A stretch of DNA of 61,797 bases, filler included, from Choristocarpus tenellus KU-1152 (lineage: Eukaryota; Protista; Phaeophyceae): the NCBI GenBank assembly GCA_964200185.2. It is 8 parts of 8 records of this genome, joined end to end, with 100 filler letters (N's around TTAATTAATTAA, not from the genome) between each part and the next. Parts side by side here need not be neighbours in the genome. Positions count along the whole stretch, not along the records: positions 8,038 to 19,531 come from CAXNAD020002288.1; positions 19,632 to 30,135 come from CAXNAD020002887.1; 6 more parts are not named here. The stretch is one strand, 5' to 3'. How positions within the stretch are numbered: the stretch's first letter is position 1; each line of letters begins with the position of its first letter. The notes below the pieces were generated by a model. The model ran no database searches and had not been told where the DNA came from. It saw nothing but the letters and a program-made list of their open reading frames with translations. Positions 11,301 through 23,100 of this stretch are shown here, one piece after another. Made by a program: the position numbers and the translations under genes.

Positions 11301-13463
11301 GCAAAAGACCTTGATGTTTTTTTGCCAATAGGAACGACTGTTGTAATAATAGTACATTCAAATATTGTACGCATTCCAGAGTAAGGGTAGTTATTCCCAT
11401 GGAGGGAGTGATTAGTCCGTTGGACTGACAAAGTATGAAAGTCTGGGTTGAAGAGTCTTCCATCGATATGATCTGGTCCATCACGGAGAGATGATGTACT
11501 TCACAGTTATGTGTGCAGGGTTACGACATCAGTACAAGAGTGCATTTGTACATTTGTCAATTGCAAAAACTAGCATCTAAGTCCATTGGATACCCACACC
11601 AGGTGTTGGTGGTACTGCAACAATCCATCAATGATCTCGGCCATCACAGCCATGAGGGTTGAGATCCTAGGTACTGCATTTACAGCTCAACATAGTGATG
11701 CTCGAGTTTTGGAACAGCTCCTGTACAAGTGGAATCACTCCCGGAAGGTTATTGGCAGGTGAGAACTCTGAACACGCCTCCGAAACATATGCCAACCTAG
11801 TCACACCATATGTAGTTTCTCCTTTTTGGCTTGTTGACTGCTTTGGCATTGTGCAAAGTTGCCCTTCCTCCCTTGAAGCATGTTGCAATTCTAGGTCGGC
11901 AAGTTGAATGGCAAGTTGAATTGTTATACAATTCAGGTATCACAGTGATGTTCACCATCACAGTGATGTTCACCATCACAGTGATGTTCACCATTGAGTG
12001 CGGCGTTATGACAATCGATTTTTTTGGGTTATGTAAGATTATACGAGGACCATTTTGATGGCCTCCATCAGAGGATCTCAATCCATTTGGGCGTCAAAAA
12101 CCAATGTTGTGATTTTGATGTAATTTTGGCTATCGTATTTGTTAGGAAGTGCCAATATCAATGTTCCGGACTCACCTTCTCACAACATACACATATTAAC
12201 TACTCCTAAACATTTTGGAGTAGGAAAGTGTCATAAAAGAACCCATGGGAACCCAAGTCTCAAATGGACCAACAGGGCAAAGGTCGTACCCTCTAAGATA
12301 CTTCCACCCAAATGTCCCAGAACTTCACCATGTTGACCCAAAATGACATCATGACAATTGCATTTGAACAGAGACATCCAAGGGATACATTGGTTGGTGT
12401 GCAAGACGTCACCAATCTACGAAAATGTATCTATACATCTATACATGATTGATAAGATGTAACTGCATGGATCACAGTGACAAGTTTACAGAGATCTGAT
12501 TGGCTTAGTTCATCCTTGAGGTCCAGGTCCCCACATTGTCTTCCCTTATGTTGTTACAGAGCGAACCAGAGCAGATCAATGCTGCTCTCAGAGCGAAAGC
12601 TTTGGACCTCGTTTTACTGAGAAGAATAATAGACTCGAGAAATTGAAAAGAGTTGAATTTGAAAGTCAAAGTTGAGCTTTTCTTTTAAAATCGGTCTCAA
12701 ATACGCTGGAGGAGATTGCTGATCTAGTGTCCTATATTGAACACCTAACGAAAGGACCCTCCATTCAATTATGAACTCCGACAACTTTCACTATTTTCTT
12801 TTTCCAAACATTGCAGAACTTGATTTTTTAACAAATAAGTAGTATCTGTGTCTGACGAACTGGATCAGCATCCCGGCTCTACACTATGTTCTGAATATAT
12901 ATTGATCACGTAAGGACCTAACCCTAACCCTAACTTCTTCACTCGGAATATTTTCAGAGGAACAAGAATGTTCTTTCGGATGGGGTCCATCATCTTGTGC
13001 GGTTGAGCCAGAGCTTTCCAAAGATAACTTAGTTGATGCGTATGATAGCATCTCCAAACTTTGGAATATTATCAGTTGTTGGTGGGCAGGTATTTTGCTG
13101 TTTTGATATTGGGTTTCCCAAACCGTATGCGTTCAAATGCATGTAGATTTTGAGGCAGTTTACCAGTGTGCTGACGAATTTAGTGCTCTATCTTTGTGCG
13201 TCAAGTTGTCGTAGCGGCCCAATCAATGTCTTTCTTTGAAGAACCTTTTAGCCCACTTGTATTTTTTCATCTCAGAGCTGTGCACCTCTGATGAACTTGT
13301 GTTCTTGTATTGTCATTGCTATTCCCTCTTTTTTAGGGTTCTGGGTGGCGAATACTTGAAGCTTGCACAGACAGGTTGGCCTGTCACCCGAGAAGAGATT
13401 AAGAGGGACATCAAGCGACTCTTTGGAGGGAGCTACGAGGAGTTCATGGCCAAGACACTCTGA
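8340..13463 (+). CDS. Uronate/glucuronate isomerase-like amidohydrolase (Bacillus halodurans BH0493 type), 5'-partial
   Basis: Phase-consistent exons 8340-8461, 8991-9108, 10351-10590, 11039-11280, 11603-11758 and 13337-13463 (TGA). Motifs: VMTNIPFD, SALRVD, KFLATVLS, NLHLYGCWWYCNNPS, QHSDARVLEQLLYKWNHSR, GWPVTREEIKRD. Confidence 0.88.
10285..10322. repeat. Inverted interstitial telomeric repeat (TTAGGG)2-TTAA-(CCCTAA)3; one of more than 12 short arrays
   Basis: Other short arrays at ~115, 563, 5775, 8066, 8511, 9150, 9386, 9903, 10702, 12917, 14633, 41221 and 41722. Confidence 0.9.
11939..11994. repeat. 18-bp tandem repeat x3 (ATCACAGTGATGTTCACC)
   Basis: Read directly; each unit contains the quasi-palindrome ATCAC-A-GTGAT. 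Confidence 0.9.
12068..12306 (+). mobile_element. MITE family A (left end decayed), in a uronate isomerase intron
   Basis: Homologous to the copies at 36188 and 58955; right TIR TACCCTCTAAGATACTT; internal hairpin CTACTCC...GGAGTAG. Confidence 0.85.
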
Positions 13464-13760
13464 ATGGGCTCCAGTAGACTAGTTGAGCTTGATGAAAGAT
13501 GTTCCCAGTTTCCAATTTCACATCATACAGCTGATGGTTGAACAGCAGTACGCTCACTCTTTTCTAGTACCAATTCTAACTATTACTATGTAACTATGCT
13601 GCCTGCTGTTTTGTTGTTGTTCATTGTTGGGTTATACCTCTCGGCAGAGTTTTTGGTGAATGTGCGCTTGATGCTCAGGGGTTACATGATGTAGATAGAT
13701 GTAGTTGCCAGTTTCATTGCAGGAGTGAGTTCTGGACAAACCTTGACTTCAGATATTGTT

Positions 13761-14623
13761 CTAATCTTGAAATCGGAAAGGAGAAAATATCTTAACCACA
13801 GCCTTATTCCAGGAAAATCTTTTTCTGTTTGCCTGGTAATCAATCGCTGTAGGATTGTGCATGGCATGTGTGCACTGGAATATGGGTGGAGTGGCTGGTG
13901 TTTTCTCCTCCCCTTGCCTATCATGTTTTAACAAATCTAACATGTTGTAAGTAAGTGGGATGAATAGAACTTGGAGCATGTGCTACGCATGTATGACTCC
14001 ACTACTGCTTGGCAAATAGTGATACTTAATTATGGAACTAGGAAGGAAGGGAAATTAAGAGGGGGCGTATATACACGACCAGCAAAGCAACACTCACGAC
14101 AACTCCAAGCAAGGTCTATAGTAGCTGACTCCCATTGAAAGAGGGTTAGATGTGCACTTGAAGACATGAGTTAGAGAGAGAGAGTACTTTTGTCAAATTT
14201 AAGCTTATTGAATGTCAGGAAGACAATGAGTACCTACTTTTTCCCGCTTCATTAATGCTAAATTTACAGGGAAGAAAAATCATGCAGCTTGAAATGACGT
14301 TTAAGGAATACTCGTTTCTGATATCAACGGAGCATGATCGTATATACAGTGTATATATGTATTGAATGCAAGGAGTCCCTCACAGGTGTATCTGGACACC
14401 ATGTCCCACCCCAAGTCTTGTAAGGAGGTACCTGCATAGCGCCATAGAGTGCCCTGTAGTGCTGTGAACCATAGCACTGTAACTTCGATTTATGTGGATC
14501 TTGGTGGATGACATCAGCTTGAAATCAAGGCAAACCTGACTGGAGAGCAATCCTGGTGCGCTGAGCACAGTTGATATGTCACCTGAAGATAATCTTCCGC
14601 TCACAGCACGCTGAATATTTTGT
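13761..14623 (-). CDS. Hypothetical protein, 3' exons (convergent with the uronate isomerase)
   Basis: Three phase-consistent exons with canonical GT-AG sites (14623-14536, 14453-14384, 13846-13761): QNIQRAVSGRLSSGDISTVLSAPGLLSSQ|GTLWRYAGTSLQDLGWDMVSRYT|SIDYQANRKRFSWNKAVVKIFSPFRFQD*. No domain recognised. Confidence 0.45.
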
Positions 14624-16164
14624 CTGCAGTATACCCTAACCCTAACCCAAGCTGCCAAAAGGAACATAGAGGCATGGTGCCCAGATATTCCCTGTGTGGG
14701 ATTGCTTGATTGGATGCTCTATTGAATGCATCTCCCTAGCAGGGGCCATGCAAGCAACAATGCACAAATGCGTATATATTTATTTCATCTATTAGTTCTA
14801 CCCAAATGAGAACCCTCCTCACATTAAGGAAGCCAATATAACTGCTACTGGTGTCAGTGTTCCTTGTTACCCTTGCCACAGCTTTTTCGATGAGTCAAAT
14901 AAACTAAGAGAGGTGATTTCAAGGGTGAAAGTTAGGGATAGGGTTAGATACCTCCCTAGTCTGTATGATTCAATAAAAAAAGCTGTAGTGAATGCAGTAT
15001 GCAATACCAAAGTCAGCAATCGTAGCTGCCTCCCTCAAATTTATCTGACTAAACATACTAACCCACACACAGCAATATATTATCAATACTACTACTACAA
15101 CCACTACTGCTGTGAAGTCCACTTTCCCCACTAGATCGGTTCCTTCGTTCTAATGATAGACAGTTGCTCAAGCTTACTCACTTCAGTGCAGTGGTAACTG
15201 TAAATGCATAACAAGCAACTCAGAATGCCCACAAATATCTCCCTGTATCGAATTCTCATTAACCAAGCACATGTATGCATGCACCACATGAACATCATCG
15301 ATGGTAAAATTGATGGAATTGAAGGATCTGGATGTCGGAAAATTGAACGAAATGGCTAGCTTGAAGAACAGGCAGCAGAGGAGAGCGATGAGCATAGGAT
15401 CAGTGGAAGCCTTGGAGAATGAATATTGGGGTAGGATAAAGGTGATTTTGATCGAGCTTTGCTACCTCAATCCACCCTCTCAATTACTCACAATTGAGTG
15501 GGATGATGGGGGGTTAAGCTTGGGCGAGGTAGGTGTCTCTTCTAGTTCAAGAGCACTGTGGTATGGCAGAGTGGATGAATGTGGAGTGTATCGGACAGAA
15601 TCTGTTTGCCAACCAGGAACACAGTTCAATCGACTTCAATTCAATTAATTACAAATTGGCCACATCACTCTTCTTATTGTTAGAACTCTCAAATAAACGA
15701 GAGAGAGAGGAACCTAAGGATGTTGCTCATTTGACAGACCAATTCTTCCAGCTTTCTTGTCAATGCTTGTTAGCCGCTACCACTACCGTCAAGATTATGC
15801 TTGACCATTTACGATTCGAATTAAGATTTAATATACGCACTTTAGTTCATATCAGTGTTTCAAGACTGCACGTAGTCCACCGTGCAATCCGTTTCTTCTT
15901 TCTGTTTCAGATGATGATGTACGTAGTTTGTGTGGTCTTACAATAAATGCTTGAGATAAAAAGAGATAATAGCATCCGTTTTTCTACTTGGTCGAGAGTT
16001 AGCTTAGTTTGGATCCAACAGTAGCAGTGTATGACAAATGGAAGGCCCTCTGTTTTCTCATGCCCTCCATGAATATACAACATTTTCTGGGAAATATCGT
16101 TGGGTACAACAATTATGTGCCATTAATCGTATACTTCTACAACGTGTTATTATCACTTGTACTA

Positions 16165-17846
16165 CCCCCATGCCATAAGTCTGTGCCGTGGTGTCCATAA
16201 CGTTTGAAGATGATGAAATTCATTTCTGAAAGATTTTGAAGCCTTGACGAATTTCTTATTAGAGTCAGCTGTTTATCTTATTATTACTCCCCATCCATCA
16301 CAATTTGATCAGCCACAGAAAAACCTCCATGTCTACCTTCGGTGTGTTTTTAACCTCACCAAACAACTGCCTCTTCCTTACCCCTGTGTGCTCCATACTG
16401 AAGTCATTTCCCCCTTTGTATCTAAGTACTTGATTGTATACCACAGAAAAGGAACTGCCAAGCCCTCTCAAGCGTGGTTTCATCATACGTCTCATACTCT
16501 TTCTCCATAACCTTCGCCGTCTCCTCGACAAACCCAAACCGTTCCCACACCACCCGGCATTTCAAAGACCTGAAGAAGCTAAGGTCCATAATATTGAGGA
16601 CGGGGGAGTTACATGGCTGCATCACAAGTCTAATCGACTACCCCTCAGTCTTCCCTGCCCCTGACAAGATATCTGAGTTGCCCTTGCCCGTGTGGGGGGT
16701 GGCATGGTCTTGTTGAACAACATCGTGCTGCCCCTGCAACCAAGGCATCTTGGGCTTGATTGCAAGCAGTAACTCCTCCGTGTACCACTTCCTGTATCGC
16801 AAATGGTCTAAAGTACAGTCCTGCACATACACATCCCCTTTTTCTGGTTCTTGCTTGTCCTGTCTGCCATTTTTGGCGCACACACACGCCAAACACCAAG
16901 CTTTCCATCAAAGCTGTGAGCCGAATCTGGGCGGGCGTTGATTACAAGGATCATGGTTTTGGGGATATGACCCTTGTGCTGCACAGTAGGGGAACCCTGG
17001 AAAGTCGCTATCATCCTCATGCGGAAATACCTCAACCTTTTCCCCATCAGCCATCACGTAAAAAAAGGTTTAAGCCACATGGATCGTGTTCGCCTTGGAG
17101 GTGTACACACCACGCTTCGGATACACATGATCGCAAACAAAGTCCATTCTCCGTACCTTTTCCCACGATTTAAGCTTGCGTTTGATCCAGTAGCAATTCG
17201 GCATGGCCCCATGTCATCCAACCACATGTTTATGGTGCTGGTGCTATGATTCAGCTCCTTGGAGGCCATCTTCATTGTGACCTGACGCACTATGGATGAC
17301 AGATTGTCGGAGTTGATACTAGTTATTGTGGCCATCTTGGTCGGTGTGAGCTCCGAAGGCCGCCCACTACGTGCCGCCACCCCTAGGTCAAGCGCGTGGC
17401 CACGGGGGAGCTGATTGGCGACGTCCTCCCAGAGACCTCGCATGAAACGCTCGGACACGCCAAACTCCGCTGCGAGGGCCGACCCAACGTGTTGTGGCAG
17501 TTTATGGACACCAGGGTCCATCGCGAGTGCATGCAGCATTGCAAGCGCAACCCTGGTATTCAGGGACACTTGGGAATCGTTCCTACGCAGGGGGTCGATG
17601 ACAAGGTTGCCATGCCGATGTTCTGACCCTCAACGTGCCCAGTTCTGGCCTCAGAATCATCCCAAGAGACTCCTACTTTGACGGCTTGAAGCACCTTGAA
17701 TTTGTATCGGATGATCCTCGACCCCCACCTTTTCTGAAAGCTGAGATTATCAACACGATTTCATTCTGTGGGGATATCGTCCGATTCGGCACCGTTCTCG
17801 CTCGGCGAGCCCAGATGTTTCGCGGCACAATCTTATGGCATAGAGG
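16165..17846 (-). mobile_element. Full-length decayed Tc1/mariner element (plant/stramenopile DD39D-like), about 1.68 kb
   Basis: Imperfect ~26-bp TIRs (CCCCCATGCCATAAGTCTGTGCCGTG / reverse complement CCTCTATGCCATAAGATTGTGCCGCG), flanked by TA at 16163-64 and 17847-48. Frameshifted transposase with RSGRP, HIPKTMIL..ARP..FDGKLGVW, VQQDHATPH, QPCNSPVLNIMDLSFF and GGNDF. Confidence 0.9.
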
Positions 17847-20135
17847 TAGTATGTTTCCTGTCATAGATTGTAGAGGTCTCGGTTGTACCACTACTATAAA
17901 TACTACCAAAGCGAGATACAAGGTTTAACCAGAGTCTTCACGGGTGCCACCGGATTCATGGAAGGTAGGTATAGTACAGGCTTCAGGGTGGGTATCCCTG
18001 CCACCTACCTATACAACCTGCAGTAGTACCGATGACCTGGGCACAGTCTCAGAACCAGGCTTTAGTTAGAATTCATTGTAATCCTCAGTCTCAAGTTCGG
18101 ACCCGACCTGTGGCACTCTCACAACAAAGATGAGACGTAAGTCCATGATTCGACTTTTGTGTTGTTGTACCCCACAGAACCCCTGACCAGGAAAAAGGAG
18201 ATGTACTTACAGCACCTCAACATCATGACTGATGCAAGGAAAACCAGAGCCAAAAAGCAGGGTAAACAAAACTAGTAGATTCATTCCTTTTGGCAAGGTC
18301 AGTCCGTACAACTGGATCTGGACTGGTGGGATCCTGGACCCATGATTTTTAGATTTAATTTGCTAATATTCCGAATCTATCTGTATGTATGACTCAATCA
18401 AGCGGAAGTGAGACCTGAACCCTGTAAATCCGTAGTACTGTTTGTTGTAGCAAACCCAGGTCTGACCAACAAGGCAGTGACTGTGTCGTGATTGACTGTA
18501 CTGTCCATACTGCGAGTCTTCTTATTGGGAGTAGAATCTGATCAACTTAAGACCCACAAGACTCGCTCCAGTTGTTACCCCAGACCAAGACCACCAAGAC
18601 CCCAGACCAATAATAAACCCAAAAGACAAGAACCAGACCATACACAAAGAGTAGTAGAGAAAGCTGGAAATTTCAAAAAGCAGGAGAGCAATGTAAGGAG
18701 CAAATTCAAAATTGAGAGACGCCATTCAAAGGTCAGGTGGCAGTAATGTGATAGGGGAGTGTTAGTGGATCTGTGCATGTTGGTGAACTAGATGTCCATC
18801 ACAACTAAAATAGACTGGAGCAGGTGGACAAGTGAAGTTTAGGATATAATGGTCTTGCATAATGGAGCATTCGGAACCAGATGTGTCCCCACACGTCCAT
18901 ATTTGTCAGAAAAATTGGTGCTGTTTTAGTATGGGGCAGACAAGGTGACAAGTATTTTGTGTACAATACAGTGTGGCATGTGGATGCCTACCTTGAGATT
19001 AAATGCGGCGAAAAATATCCAGTGCTCAGTAACTAGTAAATCTGCTTCATATGTTGTACAGAACTCTCAAATTAGCTCAACCTACCTCATATCCAACCAT
19101 CCCCATCCATTATACTGGCCTGACCCCACCCCAAACATAGCTCTAGCCAACGATATCCCTAAGTCGACATGAATGTACTTGTGTACACATTAAGGGTGAA
19201 GGACGTGTGTTGACTATAAGCTCTAAACGGTGACCAAAATGTGAGCCACAATAAGTTACATCATTGTTAGCCCTAACTAGCAACCAAACACCATATCAAT
19301 AGAAAGTACAATGAACTACACATCCTTTGCCCTCTCCTCAAAACCTTCACATGCACCCTTCACACAGCCAGTCGCTGAGAAATGAATATACTGCATACAA
19401 AATTTGCAGGGTGTAGCCAGCAATACCAACAACCCTCCAACAAAGAGAAACCACCAGAAAAAACATCACTCTGAAACACATACTGCCATCAAGACAAGCG
19501 AAAAATTCTGGACAAAAATTGTCTCAGAAAGNNNNNNNNNNNNNNNNNNNNNNNNNNNNNNNNNNNNNNNNNNNNTTAATTAATTAANNNNNNNNNNNNN
19601 NNNNNNNNNNNNNNNNNNNNNNNNNNNNNNNCCTTTTCGAAATTCGCGCCTTCCTGCGGCCAAACCACACCCCCCACCAACAACTCGAGCTACGGACATC
19701 TTTGACTACCGAAGGGTGCCAACTCTCATCATTGTAAAAAGCATTGCAGTAGGTACTCAATCACTGTCTGACTTCGAAACAGTTAATTGGTTGTTGATCG
19801 CGGTTGGTCGGCCTGTCGATACTCGCAACAAACTTCTCCATGCTGTCCACGCAGTTGGTAGGGCAACCTCCGCAACCTCTGCACCTCGGCTTTCGAGGTC
19901 GATCTTTCAACCACTGTTGCAACCTTCCATTCTTTGTTCCGATTTATTTCTACCAAGGTGTGTGGAGGAGTTCTCTTCGTTCACAGGGTTGTGGGAACGG
20001 GGTGGATACACAGTGGGGCACAAGAACGTTTTCCTAGATTCATTGGACGGATAGTCCAACTTCAGCACATTCTGATCTTCAACAAAGCCTTACACCTCAT
20101 CATTTTAAAGATACCAAAGATTATACAAGTGCTAC

Positions 20136-23100
20136 ATGACCTGGTCGAAGAGCAAGGTGTGTATGTGGTATCAGCGATGTCTTATGGGGATTAAAAAGAA
20201 CTTTGTTGAGGAACACAACACATCTGAATCCAATTCCCCAATACTACGTGTCCTCAATATATCTAGGACGCCCATCTAGCCCGATTGGTACAAGAACATG
20301 GTACCAAGGATTGGCGAGCGATCGCTGTCGCGATTGGTGGCGGGGTCACCGAGGTCGAGTGCATGAACCACTGGATGAAGGTGCTGCATACTCAAAACGT
20401 GAAAGGATCATGGACGCCTGAGGTGAAAATCCTGTCCACGCCCGAGAGGTGGATGCTCTAATCATGATCTCAACCTTAGTCTGGGGGAAGGTGCTCATGA
20501 GGGGGTGTGCTACTGCGTTGGGATTTGGTTTGTTAGATCCCCTGATCATCCCAGCGCAGTTGCCACCTTACTGTTGTTACCCATCACTACTGCTCATGCT
20601 GGTACCCCTGTTCAGGAGGACGAGAAGATGACTGAGCTGGTGGCAGAGTATGGGGCTAGGCAATGGTCTGCCATCTCTTCACATTTGCCTGGAAGGGTTG
20701 GAAAGCAGTGCCGAGAAAGGTAATGCGCATCGAGGGTTGCCGTTCCACTGTTTACCTCCTTGTGGCTCCTGTATATGGATCGTGAGTTGAGGGACCAAAC
20801 CGTGTCTGTGATCATGGTTTCTTCAAATGACTATTCGGAAGTATGATGTAGTTCATATGTTGTCAAAGACCCCAAGCCAATGGGGTGATGGTACTCTCCT
20901 GCATCTTCTCACCTTCCAAAGTCATGTTGGCTGATCTCCACACTTAGAGATATTCGCAAAGAATGGAGTCCAATGGTTTGCCTGCCTCAGCCGACTCAGT
21001 TTGGTTGTTGCTAAAACATCCATCTCTGAACCAAGCTATCTGCTGACCATTGAGCATGAAGGGGGAGAGAGATACTCAGTATTTTCAAACACCATTCACG
21101 GTCTCTATGACTAGAACTTTTTTTTACTAGATTGAAACATCTTAACTCCATTGCCCACCATAGGTGGAACAACCACCTAAATCCTGCTCTTTCGAAGGCA
21201 CCTTGGTCTGAGGAGGAGGACCGCACCATAATTCAAATGCAGTCACAGGAGGGTAACAAGTGGGCAGTCATGTCCAAGGTGCTTCCTGGCAGGTGGGATA
21301 GGAATGACATCAATAATATCAACACAAAGAAAGCTATGGTGTATGTGGTACCCCTCATTTTGGAACTTTGGGGGGCTTGGTGTGGATACTCCACGGTGAA
21401 GTTAACAATACAAGGGGAATAAGTTTCCTTAACTGAGACTTTCACACTATTGAAGAGTAGTTATGCACAGCATAATGGGCCTCAACAGCAGTGGATGCAC
21501 ACATGAAGTTGCTTTTTCAGTCTATTTTCTAACTAGCAACACACTGCCCTTGCCTACCCTTTTTTGTATCAGAATGAGTTCAAACTGCCGTAAGTGTAAT
21601 GAATTGGATTCCTGGTTGAGTTGAGGACAGAAAGACTACCTCAGATTTGGAGTCCACTATGGCACCCATCACCTGCCTATTTCGTCCATCTGTTGACCTT
21701 TTGCAGAACGGACAACCACATCAAGAACCACTGGAATTCTGGCATCAAGCGGAAGCTGCAGACATACCTGGAGCAAAAGTATGGGTCTGCCTTTAGCAGG
21801 GATGAGGACACCAACTCACCGGATCAAAGGGACTCCAACAAGCCTAGGTCAAGGGGAAAGAAGAGTCGCATGGTCAAGCAAAAGGTCCAAGCAGCACCCC
21901 TTGATGATGGACGATTCAACCTAAGGTGCATTCTCCATACCTTAGTTCTTGCTGTTCAACCTTACACCATACTGCAGTGGTCACACCTCATTATACCTCA
22001 CCATGATAAATGTGTGGATTCCACTGTACCTCAAGAGTACCCATGGGTGGTTGATCACCCATTCTACCTCCTTGTTATCACCTACTTTTTCCTCGCCAAA
22101 ACCAACTTTGGACTGGAGGCAGAGCCCCCCCCTCTGCCTTAACAAACTTCACTGACAACATTAATGCCCTCAATCAAACACACAAATTTAAACTTGTCTC
22201 AGGGGGGATATTGAAGGTGGACTTCGAGCAGTGAGAGACAGCAAGGCAGTAGTGGTTGAAAGCCAACCTGGAGGGCGAGGAAGGTTGTCAGTAACAAAGA
22301 AGATGTCCACAACGAGCGGACGACAACAAACGACCCTTACCAAACACGCATTACATGTAACCCCAAAGCAGCATGTGGGTGCCAAAAGAACTGCAGTGGT
22401 AACAACGGAAAAAGCGGCAGTGGTAAATGCAACAAGTTCAACAGCCATTCCCATGCCCATGCCTACTCGGACTGCCGGAAAAGCAGCTACCTCTTTTAGG
22501 GGTCGGGGATCTACAGGAACAACAGAGGCTGTAGTATCATCAGCAGGTGCTAGGGCGACTGAGAGGGAGGCTGTGGCAAATGTACAAGCTAGCAACCATG
22601 TTGGATCTAAGGCACAACCACAGTCCAAAGACCACTTGCGGCAGGGCACTAAGCGGCGGAAGGCAAACAAGAGATGGAGAGATTCAACCGATGAACACAG
22701 CAACAGGAAGGTTGAGGATGTGGAAACTGTCAAAACCTGCAGCAATGTCAAGAGACCCTCCTTCAACTCACACACCATCCCCATGTACCTTGATGCCCAA
22801 GAAATTTATTGCCAGACTTCTGGGTTGTCTACACTAAAGGGTTCTGCAGTAAGGAGCATGGATGGCCCCACCAGGGGATTAGAAAGTGGTCATGGAGAAG
22901 GAAGGTGAACAAGGGATGTTTTATGTGCAATGCAGTGATGGAGTAGCATCAGTAATGGTAACTGCACCTACAAAAGTGTTTGCTTGCTACTGCTTCTTTT
23001 ATTGCATGATGATTTGCTGGTAAGGAAATAGGTGTAGTGTTGTAATTATTTGTTGGTGTTGTCTGTACACTTACTCATCCACTCCACATCCTGAACATGC

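Noticed and set aside
11939-11994. Palindromic repeat resembling a CRISPR array
   Set aside because: No spacers, 18-bp unit, no cas genes, and located in a eukaryotic intron.
16165-17846. Possible Fanzor/TnpB cargo in the mariner
   Set aside because: The element length is accounted for by the transposase and TIRs; no RuvC or zinc-finger motifs seen.
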